Source: Lachnospiraceae bacterium
GTDB lineage: Bacteria > Bacillota > Clostridia > Lachnospirales > Lachnospiraceae
Assembly: GCA_022776445.1 (NCBI GenBank)
Contig: JALFHZ010000236.1
Coordinates: 11,266 to 75,265 of the forward strand
DNA: 64,000 bases
Reading direction: 5' to 3'
Below are positions 37,917 through 47,148 of the stretch, in pieces (position 1 is the stretch's first letter; each line of letters starts with the position of its first letter). The position numbers were made by a program, and so were the translations under genes. The notes under the pieces were generated by a model that saw nothing but the letters and a program-made list of their open reading frames with translations, ran no database searches and was not told where the DNA came from.

Positions 37917-38813
37917 ACGTACCAACTCCTTGATATGATATCGAAACTGAAACACTTCCCGATAAAATCCGGCAAATTCCGGATAAGCTTCCAGCAGGCG
38001 GCGAATATCCTCCGGCTTATCAGAAGACAGAAACGTCAGCCATCCGTCTAACCTGCTATTTATATTGTGATTGTTTTTCTGAAAGATGTCAAGCGGAATC
38101 AGAAGGTATTCCTGAATCATATTCAACTGCAGTCCTGTGTTAAAAATCTGCCTGGAATAATGCAGGTACTGATCTGGTACGGCCTGAAATTCTGACGTAC
38201 TTTTCTGAATCAGCACAATGGTATAAACGTTTTTGATATCTTTGTACGAAAACCGCTTTCCTTCTTCCCGTTTTTGATTTTTCACCTGCACATACTGCCG
38301 CATAACCAGATCGCTGGAATAACAGGCGCAGCGCTCTCCGGGGAACAGATACCCCAGTCTCTGAATCTCAATATTTACCAGCGCCCCCGTCTCCAGCTTT
38401 ACCAGAATATCCATAACCAGCAGGGAACCTTCCTCCGTAAGTCGCCGGGATTCATTCGGCAGAACCTGCACAATCTCCAGCTTTTTTCCAAGGCACAGGC
38501 TCAGAAATTCTGTCAGCCTTTCCGGATGCTCTTCCGGATTACAGATCTTTTTGAAAACAGGATCATAAGTAATATTCATCCCCCGCACACCCATACAGAA
38601 CGCCAAAAATTCTTCCTTCCATCGGTCAGACCACTGCATAAACTCCCGAAAAAGTTCCGGATTTTGCCGCAATTCCTCCTGCACCTCACATCTGGCCTTC
38701 TGAACTCCGAAAATTTCCTCATGCTCCGCCATCCATGCAATCGCATCCTGCCTTTCCGATTCTGCATGATTCCATCCGTTACTGCCTCCAATAGTCTTCG
38801 CACTCATAAGCAT
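37530..38813 (-). CDS. Rpn family PD-(D/E)XK nuclease / putative transposase with coiled-coil repeat tail
   Basis: D.VFKKI, MDILVKL....VNIEIQ, R..CYSS and K.VYTIV motifs of the PDDEXK_2/Rpn family. Confidence 0.85.
   Translation of the reverse strand: MLMSAKTIGGSNGWNHAESERQDAIAWMAEHEEIFGVQKARCEVQEELRQNPELFREFMQWSDRWKEEFLAFCMGVRGMNITYDPVFKKICNPEEHPERLTEFLSLCLGKKLEIVQVLPNESRRLTEEGSLLVMDILVKLETGALVNIEIQRLGYLFPGERCACYSSDLVMRQYVQVKNQKREEGKRFSYKDIKNVYTIVLIQKSTSEFQAVPDQYLHYSRQIFNTGLQLNMIQEYLLIPLDIFQKNNHNINSRLDGWLTFLSSDKPEDIRRLLEAYPEFAGFYREVFQFRYHIKELVRMFSKELSILDANTVQYMIEVQQEELERMKEEEKRQQEELRRVEEEKQRIEEEKQRIEEEKQRIEEEKQRNEEEKQRIQEEKQRAEEEKQRAEEEKQRAEEEKQRAEEERKAALQEITRLKALLSERKA
37591..37793 (-). 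repeat. 21-bp tandem repeat encoding heptads (V/I/N/A)EEEKQR, 9 full units plus one degenerate
   Basis: Plus-strand unit CCGCTGCTTCTCTTCCTCG(AT/GC) repeated directly. Confidence 0.95.
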
Positions 38814-39030
38814 ACCTCCTGATTTGATTTGTTGGTGTCTGAAATCTGCGTAAATTCACGCACTGATCTGTATTTCAGAAATAAAGAACCGTACAGGGAA
38901 GAACTCCCCGTGAAAAAATACAGGATCCGTCAAATGCACCATCACTCAACGGATCCAGCTAACGTAATATTAATATAACATGTTCCTGACTCTGCGTCAA
39001 TCAACCGGCAGTTTAATCCTCAGGTAATCC

Positions 39031-39999
39031 TCAACATACCGTCCTCTGCTCCGGCCGATTCACCGGAAAGTCCGGTTTCCCTCCGGACAGCACCCGGTCA
39101 ATCTGTATCGCGGCTCCCAATGCCATCTGACGCATACAGTCCTCCGTATTCGATGCCATATGCGGAGTCACCACTACATTGTCCATGAAAAAGAACGGAT
39201 GATCCTTCTCCGGCGGTTCCTGTTCCATGACATCCGTAAACAATCCGGCAATCTGCCCTGCTTTCAATGCTTCCACCAGCTCTGTTTCAACCACAACTCC
39301 GCCGCGGGAACAGTTGATCAGATATGCCGTCGGCTTCATTCGCTCAAATTCTGCCTTTCCGATAAAACCTCTGGTTTCCTGACTCAGCGGTACATGGAGT
39401 GAAACCATATCGGATCGTTCAAACAATTCCTCCCAGGGAACCAGCCGCACATATTCCGGCATTTGTTCCTGCTTTCTGCGCGGACTATATGCGAGAATCT
39501 CCATATCAAAACCAAAATGTGCTTTTCTGGCAACTTCCAGGCCAATATTACCGATCCCGATGATTCCCAGCGTCTTCCCTTTCAGATCCGTACCTTTATG
39601 AGAATTTTTGTAAAAGAAATCGCCTTCCTTCATCTTTTCCTGATGCTCCGGAATCCGTCTTGCCATCGTCAGCATTCCTCCAATGGTATATTCTGCAACA
39701 GACTCTGTCGTGACTCCCGGAGTATTGGTTACCCAGATCCCCAGTTTCTCTGCCCGCCTGATATCCACATTATTATATCCGGCACCGTGGCGGGCCACAA
39801 TTTTCAGTTCCTTCCCGGCCTCCAGCACTGCCGCCGTCACCTCAGCCGTGCGAAGAAGAATTGCCTGGCAATCTGCGGCATCACGAATCATATCCTGCTC
39901 CGTATACCCATTGCCCATCCTGATCTCATAGCCACGGGAAAGTAAATATTCTTTTCCTTCTTTCGCAATATCCTGCGGAATCAAAACCCGATATGCCAT
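39031..39999 (-). CDS. D-isomer-specific 2-hydroxyacid dehydrogenase
   Basis: ARHGAGYNNVD, GIIGIGNIG, LHVPL, INCSRG and TPHMAS; start uncertain (39999-40035). Confidence 0.9.
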   Translation of the reverse strand: MAYRVLIPQDIAKEGKEYLLSRGYEIRMGNGYTEQDMIRDAADCQAILLRTAEVTAAVLEAGKELKIVARHGAGYNNVDIRRAEKLGIWVTNTPGVTTESVAEYTIGGMLTMARRIPEHQEKMKEGDFFYKNSHKGTDLKGKTLGIIGIGNIGLEVARKAHFGFDMEILAYSPRRKQEQMPEYVRLVPWEELFERSDMVSLHVPLSQETRGFIGKAEFERMKPTAYLINCSRGGVVVETELVEALKAGQIAGLFTDVMEQEPPEKDHPFFFMDNVVVTPHMASNTEDCMRQMALGAAIQIDRVLSGGKPDFPVNRPEQRTVC

Positions 40000-40037
40000 A
40001 ACCATATTCCTCGTATCATCAATATCATTTTCCAATC

Positions 40038-40892
40038 CTAGACAATGTCCAGGTAGACTTTTCTGGTCGGAGCAGGAAATTCCCGGTCAATCAGCGCCAG
40101 TTCCTCTGCTGTCAGCACCAGTCCGTCTGCCGCTGCATTCTCCAGAGCATGCTCTGCTTTTCCGGTACGCGGAATTGCAATCACATCACCGCCACGCAGC
40201 ACGAATGCCAGAAGCACCTGAGATACTGTCGCCTGATGAGCCGCCGCAATTTTTTTCAGAACCGGATTGCTGTACAGCCCCCGGCGCAGTTCTCCGCCCT
40301 GAGCCAGCGGACAGTACGCCATCAGCGGCACATGATGCTCCCGCATCCACGGAAGCAGATCGTATTCAATTCCGCGGGAAGCAACATGATACAGCACCTG
40401 ATTTACCGCACAGTTTTTACCATTCGGCACAGACCACAGTTCCTCCATATCCTCAGTATCAAAATTCGATACGCCCCATCGGCGAATTTTTCCTTCCTTT
40501 TTCAGCTGCTCCATGCAGGCCACAGTTTCTGAAAGAGGAATCCCTCCGCGCCAGTGCAGCAAATACAGATCCAGATAATTCACACCCATTCTCTGCATGC
40601 TCGCCATACAGCTTTTGAAAATATTTTTTCTTCCGGCATTATGCGGATACACCTTTGAAACAATAAAAAGCTCTTCCCGCTTCATGCCCGCAATCGTACG
40701 GCCAATCAGCTCTTCCGCCTGGCCGCTTCCGTACATTTCCGCGGTATCAATCAGCGTCATACCGGCACTTACTCCGGCCGTCAGCGCCTGTTTCTCCTGC
40801 TCCGCCAATGCCTTCTTCTCTCCCAAAAACCAGGTTCCCTGCCCAATTGCAGGAACACCTGTGCCATCCGGCAATGTTACCATCCGTCTCAT
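40038..40892 (-). CDS. Aldo/keto reductase (YeaE-like)
   Basis: GQGTW, IDTAEMYG, SKVYP, DLYLLHW and GVSNF. Confidence 0.92.
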   Translation of the reverse strand: MRRMVTLPDGTGVPAIGQGTWFLGEKKALAEQEKQALTAGVSAGMTLIDTAEMYGSGQAEELIGRTIAGMKREELFIVSKVYPHNAGRKNIFKSCMASMQRMGVNYLDLYLLHWRGGIPLSETVACMEQLKKEGKIRRWGVSNFDTEDMEELWSVPNGKNCAVNQVLYHVASRGIEYDLLPWMREHHVPLMAYCPLAQGGELRRGLYSNPVLKKIAAAHQATVSQVLLAFVLRGGDVIAIPRTGKAEHALENAAADGLVLTAEELALIDREFPAPTRKVYLDIV

Positions 40893-40922
40893 AAGTTTAT
40901 TTTCCTTTCCGCATTCTGCCCA

Positions 40923-41894
40923 TTACACCATCATACACCAAATCGGAATGGTCAGCATGGACAGCAATGTTGATACCACAACACACTTTGTTGCAAATAT
41001 ATAATCACAACCATACTTTGCCGCGAGAATTGCGGAAGTACTCCCTGCCGGCATGCCGGTAATCAGCACACAGACACCCGCAACCAGAGGATTCAGGCGG
41101 AACAGACTGCATCCCAGCAAAACAAGCCCCGGAAGTATTCCAAGCCGGATCGCGGAAATCAAAAGCGCATCCGGATTCAGCATATCTTTCAGTCTCACAT
41201 CCGCAAGCATGGTACCGATCAAAAGCATAGTAGACGCCGTCGTACAACTGCCTGCAGAACGCACGGCTTTGTCCAGCGCCATAGTCAATGTGCGCACCAC
41301 AGCTCCCAGAGGACCGGCAGTCTGCACAACAAGTTCATAAACGGTACCCAGCGGGCCCTGAAAAATCATCAGCGCCAATCCGATATACACAGCTATGATA
41401 CAGGGGTGAACAGCAACCTTTTTGATTACCGATTTCATGTCCGGACTTGCGGTAAAACATGCAATCCCGGCTGACCACATCATCACTCGCATAGGAATAA
41501 TAAATACGGAAGCATACATCATACCTTCCGCACCGAAAATTCCCTCCGCAATCGGAAGTCCGAGAAAACCGGAATTCGATACAATCGTACAGTACTGCAG
41601 TACCCGTTTTACCTCGTACGGCTTGTGATTATACAACACACGGCTCAGAATATAGCTTACCACCTGTACAAGCAGAGATACTGTCAGAATCAGAGCAAAC
41701 CGCTTCAGAATATCCAGATTAAACTCCATACGGAACGAATTGATAATATTGCAGGGGAGAAATCCATACAGAACCAGATCCGTTATGATCCCCCGGCTCT
41801 CCTCTTTTAAAATTCCCTTTTTCTTCAAAATGGCACCGAATGCAACCAGAAAAAACATCATACACTGCAGTGTCCATAATCCAGCGACGTCCAT
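40923..41894 (-). CDS. AEC (auxin efflux carrier) family organic-acid transporter
   Basis: LPC.I, SNSGFLGLP, HP.IIA, GMPAG and ST.LS..TIP motifs. Confidence 0.88.
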   Translation of the reverse strand: MDVAGLWTLQCMMFFLVAFGAILKKKGILKEESRGIITDLVLYGFLPCNIINSFRMEFNLDILKRFALILTVSLLVQVVSYILSRVLYNHKPYEVKRVLQYCTIVSNSGFLGLPIAEGIFGAEGMMYASVFIIPMRVMMWSAGIACFTASPDMKSVIKKVAVHPCIIAVYIGLALMIFQGPLGTVYELVVQTAGPLGAVVRTLTMALDKAVRSAGSCTTASTMLLIGTMLADVRLKDMLNPDALLISAIRLGILPGLVLLGCSLFRLNPLVAGVCVLITGMPAGSTSAILAAKYGCDYIFATKCVVVSTLLSMLTIPIWCMMV

Positions 41895-41984
41895 TTTATC
41901 CTCACAGTTTCCAGCAATGGAAAAGATTGCGAATGATTTCCGCAATCTCTCCACGCTCTTTCTTATCCGGTATCTTCCGGATCT

Positions 41985-43124
41985 TTATTTCATGTTCATG
42001 CCGACTCTGATCATCCGGAACAGCCGGTCTGCCGCATTGGCATACAGCTCTTCTGCGCGATCCAGAGCTTCTGTAATATCCATGGCACCGTTGATCGTAG
42101 GAATGATGCTCTCCACACCAAACTCATAGATTTTCTCAGCACCATTTCCCATACCGCCGACAATCGCCACAGCCGGGACCCCTTTTTTCCGGCAGCGCAT
42201 GCCGATTCCGCTCGGCACCTTGCCGAACGCAGACTGCCAGTCAATCCGTCCCTCTCCGGTAATCACCAGATCAGTACCGTCCAGCAGGTGATCAAAATCA
42301 ATCAGATCGAGTACCGTCTCAATACCGGATTTGAGCTCCGCGTGCAGGAATACACACAGTGCAGCCCCCAGACCGCCGGCCGCACCTGCGCCTGCAATCT
42401 TATCCACATCCTTGCCCAGCTTCTTCTCAATCACGGCCGCATACTGCTTCATACCTGCCTCAAGCTCGTCCAGAATCTCCGGTGTACCGCCCTTCTGCTT
42501 TCCAAAGGTATATGTAGCACCCTCCGGTCCGGTCAGTGGATTGTTCACATCACACATAACCGTAATCTCAGCCTCCGCTACTGCCGGATGGATACCGCTC
42601 ACATCAATATCAGCCACACGCGCCAGATCTGCTCCAAAACCTTCCAGTTCTTTTCCGTCTTCATCCAGGAACCGCACGCCCAGTGCACGCATAGCGCCCA
42701 TTCCACCGTCATTGGTCGCGCTTCCGCCGATCGCGATGGAAAGTTTGCGATAACCTGCATCCAGGGCATCTTTAATCAGTTCACCGGTACCAAAAGTCGT
42801 TGTGTGCAGCGGATTGCGTTTTTCAACCGGAACCATCGGAAGTCCGGATGCCGCCGCCATCTCAATGATTGCAGAATCACTATGAAATACACCATAAGAA
42901 GCTTCCGTTTCCTCCATCAGCGGTCCATGAACCGGAATTCTGCGCATCTCACCTTTTGTCACAGCAATTACAGCATCTACCGTCCCCTCACCGCCGTCTG
43001 CGATCGGCACTCCCATGGTCTCACAGCCCGGAAAAATCCGGTTTGCAGAATCAGTCAGCAGACGAATAATCTGATCAGATGACAGTGTCCCTTTAAATGA
43101 ATCTGAAGCGAATAAAAATCTCAT
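41985..43124 (-). CDS. garK: Glycerate kinase (GarK/GlxK family)
   Basis: ASDSFKG, PIADGGEGT, EMAAASGL, GGSATNDGG, GAAGGLG and TGEG..D.QS..GK. Confidence 0.95.
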   Translation of the reverse strand: MRFLFASDSFKGTLSSDQIIRLLTDSANRIFPGCETMGVPIADGGEGTVDAVIAVTKGEMRRIPVHGPLMEETEASYGVFHSDSAIIEMAAASGLPMVPVEKRNPLHTTTFGTGELIKDALDAGYRKLSIAIGGSATNDGGMGAMRALGVRFLDEDGKELEGFGADLARVADIDVSGIHPAVAEAEITVMCDVNNPLTGPEGATYTFGKQKGGTPEILDELEAGMKQYAAVIEKKLGKDVDKIAGAGAAGGLGAALCVFLHAELKSGIETVLDLIDFDHLLDGTDLVITGEGRIDWQSAFGKVPSGIGMRCRKKGVPAVAIVGGMGNGAEKIYEFGVESIIPTINGAMDITEALDRAEELYANAADRLFRMIRVGMNMK

Positions 43125-43223
43125 ACATCCTCCTCTATGCACAATAGACCGGCGCAAAATAATAGGAGGAACGCCGGTCTATTGCATGAATCTATATGGT
43201 AGTTTATGTAGCTGTCTTAAACC

Positions 43224-44123
43224 TTAGAGCAGACCTGCCTTGGTCATCTCAGTTCTGATTCTGTCTAATACCGGCCCCTCCGGAGTAGCCAGATTTGGCT
43301 TATATGGAAGACCAATATTACGTCCGCGCAGATTTGCCATATCCTTAGCAGCAACCGGGAAGCTTGCCGGATCCATGGAAAGACGAACCGGATTCAGCTT
43401 GAACTGAGCTTCCAGAGAACCCTGCAGATCTCCTGCTACGAATTTGTTGTAAACATCCGTAATCAGTTCCGGCATAAAGTTTGCTGCTGTGCAGACACCG
43501 CCTACTGCGCCATGGCACATGGAAGCGTATAACAGAGTATCTTTACCGCCAAATACTTTGAAATTAACGTCTCTGGTTCTGCGGATAAACTCTGCGGTCT
43601 GAGTGATATCACCGCTGGTATCCTTCATACCAACAATGTTCTCAACTTCATGAGCCAGACGGTCTACCAGATTGCCGGACAGGGTGTAGCCAACACGTCC
43701 AGGGTTGTTGTAAAGCAGTACCGGAGTCTCCGGAACAGCCTCAGCGATCGTCTTGAAGTGCAGGAACAGCTCCGTCTCAGTTGGCTTTAAAAACATCGGC
43801 TGCAGGATGGAGATACCTGCTGCACCGTTTGCCACTGCCATCTTTGCCAGACGAACACATTTCTTGGTGCTGATCGCACCGATACCAAAGTATACCGGAA
43901 CTCTGCCTGCTGCCTGATCAACCATGATCTTCAGACCGCGTTCCATCTCATCTTCTTCAATCACATAGAACTCACCGTTGCTGCCGAATGCCAGAACACC
44001 CAGAACGCCGCCCTCAATGACATAATCAACCTGTTCTCTTAATTTTGCTTCATCGATCATCTCATTCTCATCGATTGGAGTGAGAATCGGAACTACAACA
44101 CCTTTAATAAAATCTGTATTCAT
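43224..44123 (-). CDS. DapA/NAL-family Schiff-base lyase; probable 5-keto-4-deoxy-aldarate aldolase
   Basis: GSNGE, YNNP and GMKDTSG motifs; sits between garR and garK. Confidence 0.85.
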   Translation of the reverse strand: MNTDFIKGVVVPILTPIDENEMIDEAKLREQVDYVIEGGVLGVLAFGSNGEFYVIEEDEMERGLKIMVDQAAGRVPVYFGIGAISTKKCVRLAKMAVANGAAGISILQPMFLKPTETELFLHFKTIAEAVPETPVLLYNNPGRVGYTLSGNLVDRLAHEVENIVGMKDTSGDITQTAEFIRRTRDVNFKVFGGKDTLLYASMCHGAVGGVCTAANFMPELITDVYNKFVAGDLQGSLEAQFKLNPVRLSMDPASFPVAAKDMANLRGRNIGLPYKPNLATPEGPVLDRIRTEMTKAGLL

Positions 44124-44147
44124 GATCTTCTCCTTTTGGCACTCTTA

Positions 44148-45032
44148 TTATTTTACAACACTTACACCAGCGATCTTCTCATAGTATTTTACGATAGCGG
44201 AATGGTCATCCTTATCGCAGCCTTCAGCTCTTAAGAACTGCATAACTTCCATCAGCTGAGCGGTCAGCGGAGCCGGGGAGCTGATTGCATGTGCTGCGTT
44301 CAGAGCGTTATTCAGATCCTTGATGTGCAGCTCGATACGGAAGCCCGGTTTGTAGTTGCCTGCCAGCATCATCGGTGCCTTAGCATCCATAACGGTGGAA
44401 CCAGCCAGACCGCCGCGGATTGCCTGATATACCAGCTCCGGATCGGTGCCAGCCTTCTTAGCGAAGGTCAGAGCCTCAGATACAGCAGCGATGTTGATTG
44501 CTACTACCATCTGGTTAGCCAGCTTTGCAACGTTGCCGGAACCCAGTTCGCCAACATATACAACAGAACCTGCCATTACCATCAGCATATCATAGTACTT
44601 ATCGAACAGTTCTTTCTTACCGCCGCACATTACAGACAGGGTACCGTCGATTGCCTTCGGTTCTCCACCGGATACCGGGCAGTCCAGCATCTCAATGCCA
44701 TACTTTGCAGCCTCTGCACCGATTGCCTTGCTCTCGGTTGGGTCGATGGAGCTCATGTCGATCAGAACCAGACCTGGCTTTGCGCCTTCAGCAACACCGT
44801 CTTTACCCAGAACTGCTGCTCTTACGTGAGGAGAGTTCGGAACCATGGTGATAACCACCTCAACCTGAGATGCTACCTCTTTGCCGCTCTCTGCTGCTGT
44901 TGCGCCGCAGGAAACAAGATCTGCAACTGCTTCTTTATTAAAATCGAATACTACCAGCTCGTGGCCTGCCTTTACCAGGTTCTTAGCCATCGGTCTTCCC
45001 ATAATTCCTAATCCAATAAATCCAATTTTCAT
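44148..45032 (-). CDS. garR: 2-hydroxy-3-oxopropionate (tartronate semialdehyde) reductase
   Basis: GFIGLGIMG.PM, DMSSI.P, D.PVSGGEPKAIDGTL, KLANQ and FRIELHIKDL. Confidence 0.95.
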   Translation of the reverse strand: MKIGFIGLGIMGRPMAKNLVKAGHELVVFDFNKEAVADLVSCGATAAESGKEVASQVEVVITMVPNSPHVRAAVLGKDGVAEGAKPGLVLIDMSSIDPTESKAIGAEAAKYGIEMLDCPVSGGEPKAIDGTLSVMCGGKKELFDKYYDMLMVMAGSVVYVGELGSGNVAKLANQMVVAINIAAVSEALTFAKKAGTDPELVYQAIRGGLAGSTVMDAKAPMMLAGNYKPGFRIELHIKDLNNALNAAHAISSPAPLTAQLMEVMQFLRAEGCDKDDHSAIVKYYEKIAGVSVVK

Positions 45033-45170
45033 GTCGTTTACCTCGCCTTTCTTTTTTCATTCTATTTTGTACAAAGGTATCTCAGCTGTGGAAGCGTTTT
45101 TCGCTTGCTTCAGCTTATGGCTAGATTATAACCGGTGGTTCCGGGAAATTCTATCGACATTTTTGCCAAA

Positions 45171-45240
45171 CTGAAACATTCTTTATATACAAAAGGAATA
45201 ACGTTTCATTTTTTTGAAATGTTATTCCTTTTATGTTTCA
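45171..45240. promoter_or_regulatory. TGAAA/TTTCA palindromic operator array and hairpin upstream of garR
   Basis: AAAAGGAATAACGTTTCA-TTTTTT-TGAAATGTTATTCCTTTT (45191-45232) plus extra TGAAAC/GTTTCA half-sites; TATAAT on the minus strand at 45125-45130. Confidence 0.55.
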
Positions 45241-45248
45241 TTTGGATT

Positions 45249-47117
45249 TCACTCAATTCCATATTTTTTCATCCGCCGCCATAAAGTCGCCTTGCTGATT
45301 CCCAGTTCCTTCGCCGTCTTTTCCCGGCTTCCGCCGAACCGCCTGAGCAATGTCTCAATCTGCTCTGCCTCTTCATTTTCATAAGCAGGCACAGGCATCC
45401 CGCTGTCATCCACGCCCTCTTCCGACTCCGGATACAGTTCTTCAAACAGCTGTCTCACCGCAATCTCATCCAGCGACCGCTTTCTCGCCGTAAGAATCAG
45501 CCGCTCGCAATAGCTCTCAATCTGGAATAAGTTTCCCGGCCATGGAAACCGCATCAGAATCTCCTTTGCTCCGTTCGTCAGCACATGATACCGGGAGTAC
45601 CGCTCACAGCAATCATGCAGAGTCATGTCAATCTCCTGTTCCAGATCCTCCCTGCGCTTTCTGAGCGGAGGAACCGCAAGCTCAAGACCGGACAGGAGAT
45701 AATAAAGATCCGCCCGAAGCTTTTCCTCCTGAAACAGCTGAATCAGCGGCTTTCCCACGGTCACCATCACGCGGACATCCACCTTGCGCAGTCGGGCAAT
45801 GTCCGCTCCGTGGCAGACATGAAACCGGATCAGCTGATACAGACGATACTGATTTGCCGCAGTCAGCTCCTCTGCATCCTGAATCAGAAGTGTTCCGCCC
45901 TGCGATTGCAGAACTGCCCCGCGATCACCGAAAATCATATGATACTGATCTTCTTCACTCAACCCGTCACAGGGTACATCCAGAAATGGCCCATTGCCCC
46001 GGCTGCTGCTGTTGTGAATACTCTCAGCCAGCATCCGTTTTTCCGTTCCCGGTTCTCCGCGCAGCACAACCGGCTGATCTGACATGGCGTACAGGCGTGC
46101 CAGACGAATGCATTCCTGCATGACGGCAGAACGCTGCAAAATATCCTCAAACCGTACCAGCGGAGGCAGTGCTCCGTTTTTGTCTTTGCCCTTTTTATCC
46201 GGCACTGCCGCCTTTTTCTTGACCTTATGGCAGGTAATGATCGCGCCATCCACGCGTTCTTCATAGAGCACCGGCGCCAGAACCGCAAATACCGGCACTC
46301 CGTTCCATTCCTGAAACAGAGAATAATCCTTCCCGGCCTTCAATACCTGATTCAGCGCCTCTTCTCCCATCTGTGGGGCAATCCTGCGGATATCCTGCCC
46401 TTTCAGCTCCGCCTGACTCCGACCGATGATCTCCTCCATAAGAGAATTGACCGCCGTAATGCGGCCGGCACTGTCCAGGCGGATCACACCGCTGAATGAA
46501 TAATCGGCCAGCGTCTCCATCTGAGCCGCTGTCTTTTTCTCCGCATTCATTGCATATTCCACACGCTCTGCCATCGAAAAAGCCTGCCGGATCGAATCCT
46601 CCGTCATCGAAAGAAACAGTGATGCCACACCTGCCTGATTTGCTATCGATACTGCAGTATCACCGCCAATGATCAGATCCACACCGTCTTCCACCGCACG
46701 TCTGGCAGCCTGAGGGAGCTCCACGCCCTGTTTCGCATAGTAGGTTCTCAGTTCGATCTCATACAGTTCGTCGAAATAGGACATATCACAGAACATGTTG
46801 TCAAATCCAACCACTGCAATCACCGGACGCGTTTTTTTGACAATCTGCTTTGCTTTCATCACAAGGAGTGCCATCTCCTGCGCCGTCAGCACAATCTCTA
46901 CCACAGGAATATCTGTATACTGCTTGATCAGCGATGCCTGCAGTCCGCGCGCAATGATGATGGACGCGCCGTCTGCAATGGACTGACGCGCCTCCATGAT
47001 GCAGTCCCCGGTCTTTATCACACGCATCTCCTGAATCTGAAATTTCTTTTCCTGCAAAATGTTGTGTGCCTGATAAAGCATCTCTTCCCTTGACACCAGA
47101 AGTGCTATCTTACCCAT
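45249..47117 (-). CDS. PrpR-like regulator (PrpR_N, PAS, degenerate AAA+, Fis-type HTH)
   Basis: IIIARG...IPVVEI N-terminal domain, RADLYY.L and WPGN motifs, AKELGISKATLWRRMK HTH; no GAFTGA. Confidence 0.88.
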   Translation of the reverse strand: MGKIALLVSREEMLYQAHNILQEKKFQIQEMRVIKTGDCIMEARQSIADGASIIIARGLQASLIKQYTDIPVVEIVLTAQEMALLVMKAKQIVKKTRPVIAVVGFDNMFCDMSYFDELYEIELRTYYAKQGVELPQAARRAVEDGVDLIIGGDTAVSIANQAGVASLFLSMTEDSIRQAFSMAERVEYAMNAEKKTAAQMETLADYSFSGVIRLDSAGRITAVNSLMEEIIGRSQAELKGQDIRRIAPQMGEEALNQVLKAGKDYSLFQEWNGVPVFAVLAPVLYEERVDGAIITCHKVKKKAAVPDKKGKDKNGALPPLVRFEDILQRSAVMQECIRLARLYAMSDQPVVLRGEPGTEKRMLAESIHNSSSRGNGPFLDVPCDGLSEEDQYHMIFGDRGAVLQSQGGTLLIQDAEELTAANQYRLYQLIRFHVCHGADIARLRKVDVRVMVTVGKPLIQLFQEEKLRADLYYLLSGLELAVPPLRKRREDLEQEIDMTLHDCCERYSRYHVLTNGAKEILMRFPWPGNLFQIESYCERLILTARKRSLDEIAVRQLFEELYPESEEGVDDSGMPVPAYENEEAEQIETLLRRFGGSREKTAKELGISKATLWRRMKKYGIE

Positions 47118-47148
47118 AATTCCGCATTACCCCTTCACTCGTTTCCCG

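Noticed and set aside
37480-39030. IS element around rpn
   Set aside because: No terminal inverted repeats or target-site duplication found; the flanking hairpins look like terminators.
43224-44123. dapA (lysine biosynthesis)
   Set aside because: Has GSNGE rather than GTTGE and sits in a garR-garK operon.
45155-45170. Sigma-54 promoter (TTGGCA) upstream of garR
   Set aside because: No TTGC at -12, a TATAAT box is present, and the adjacent regulator lacks GAFTGA.
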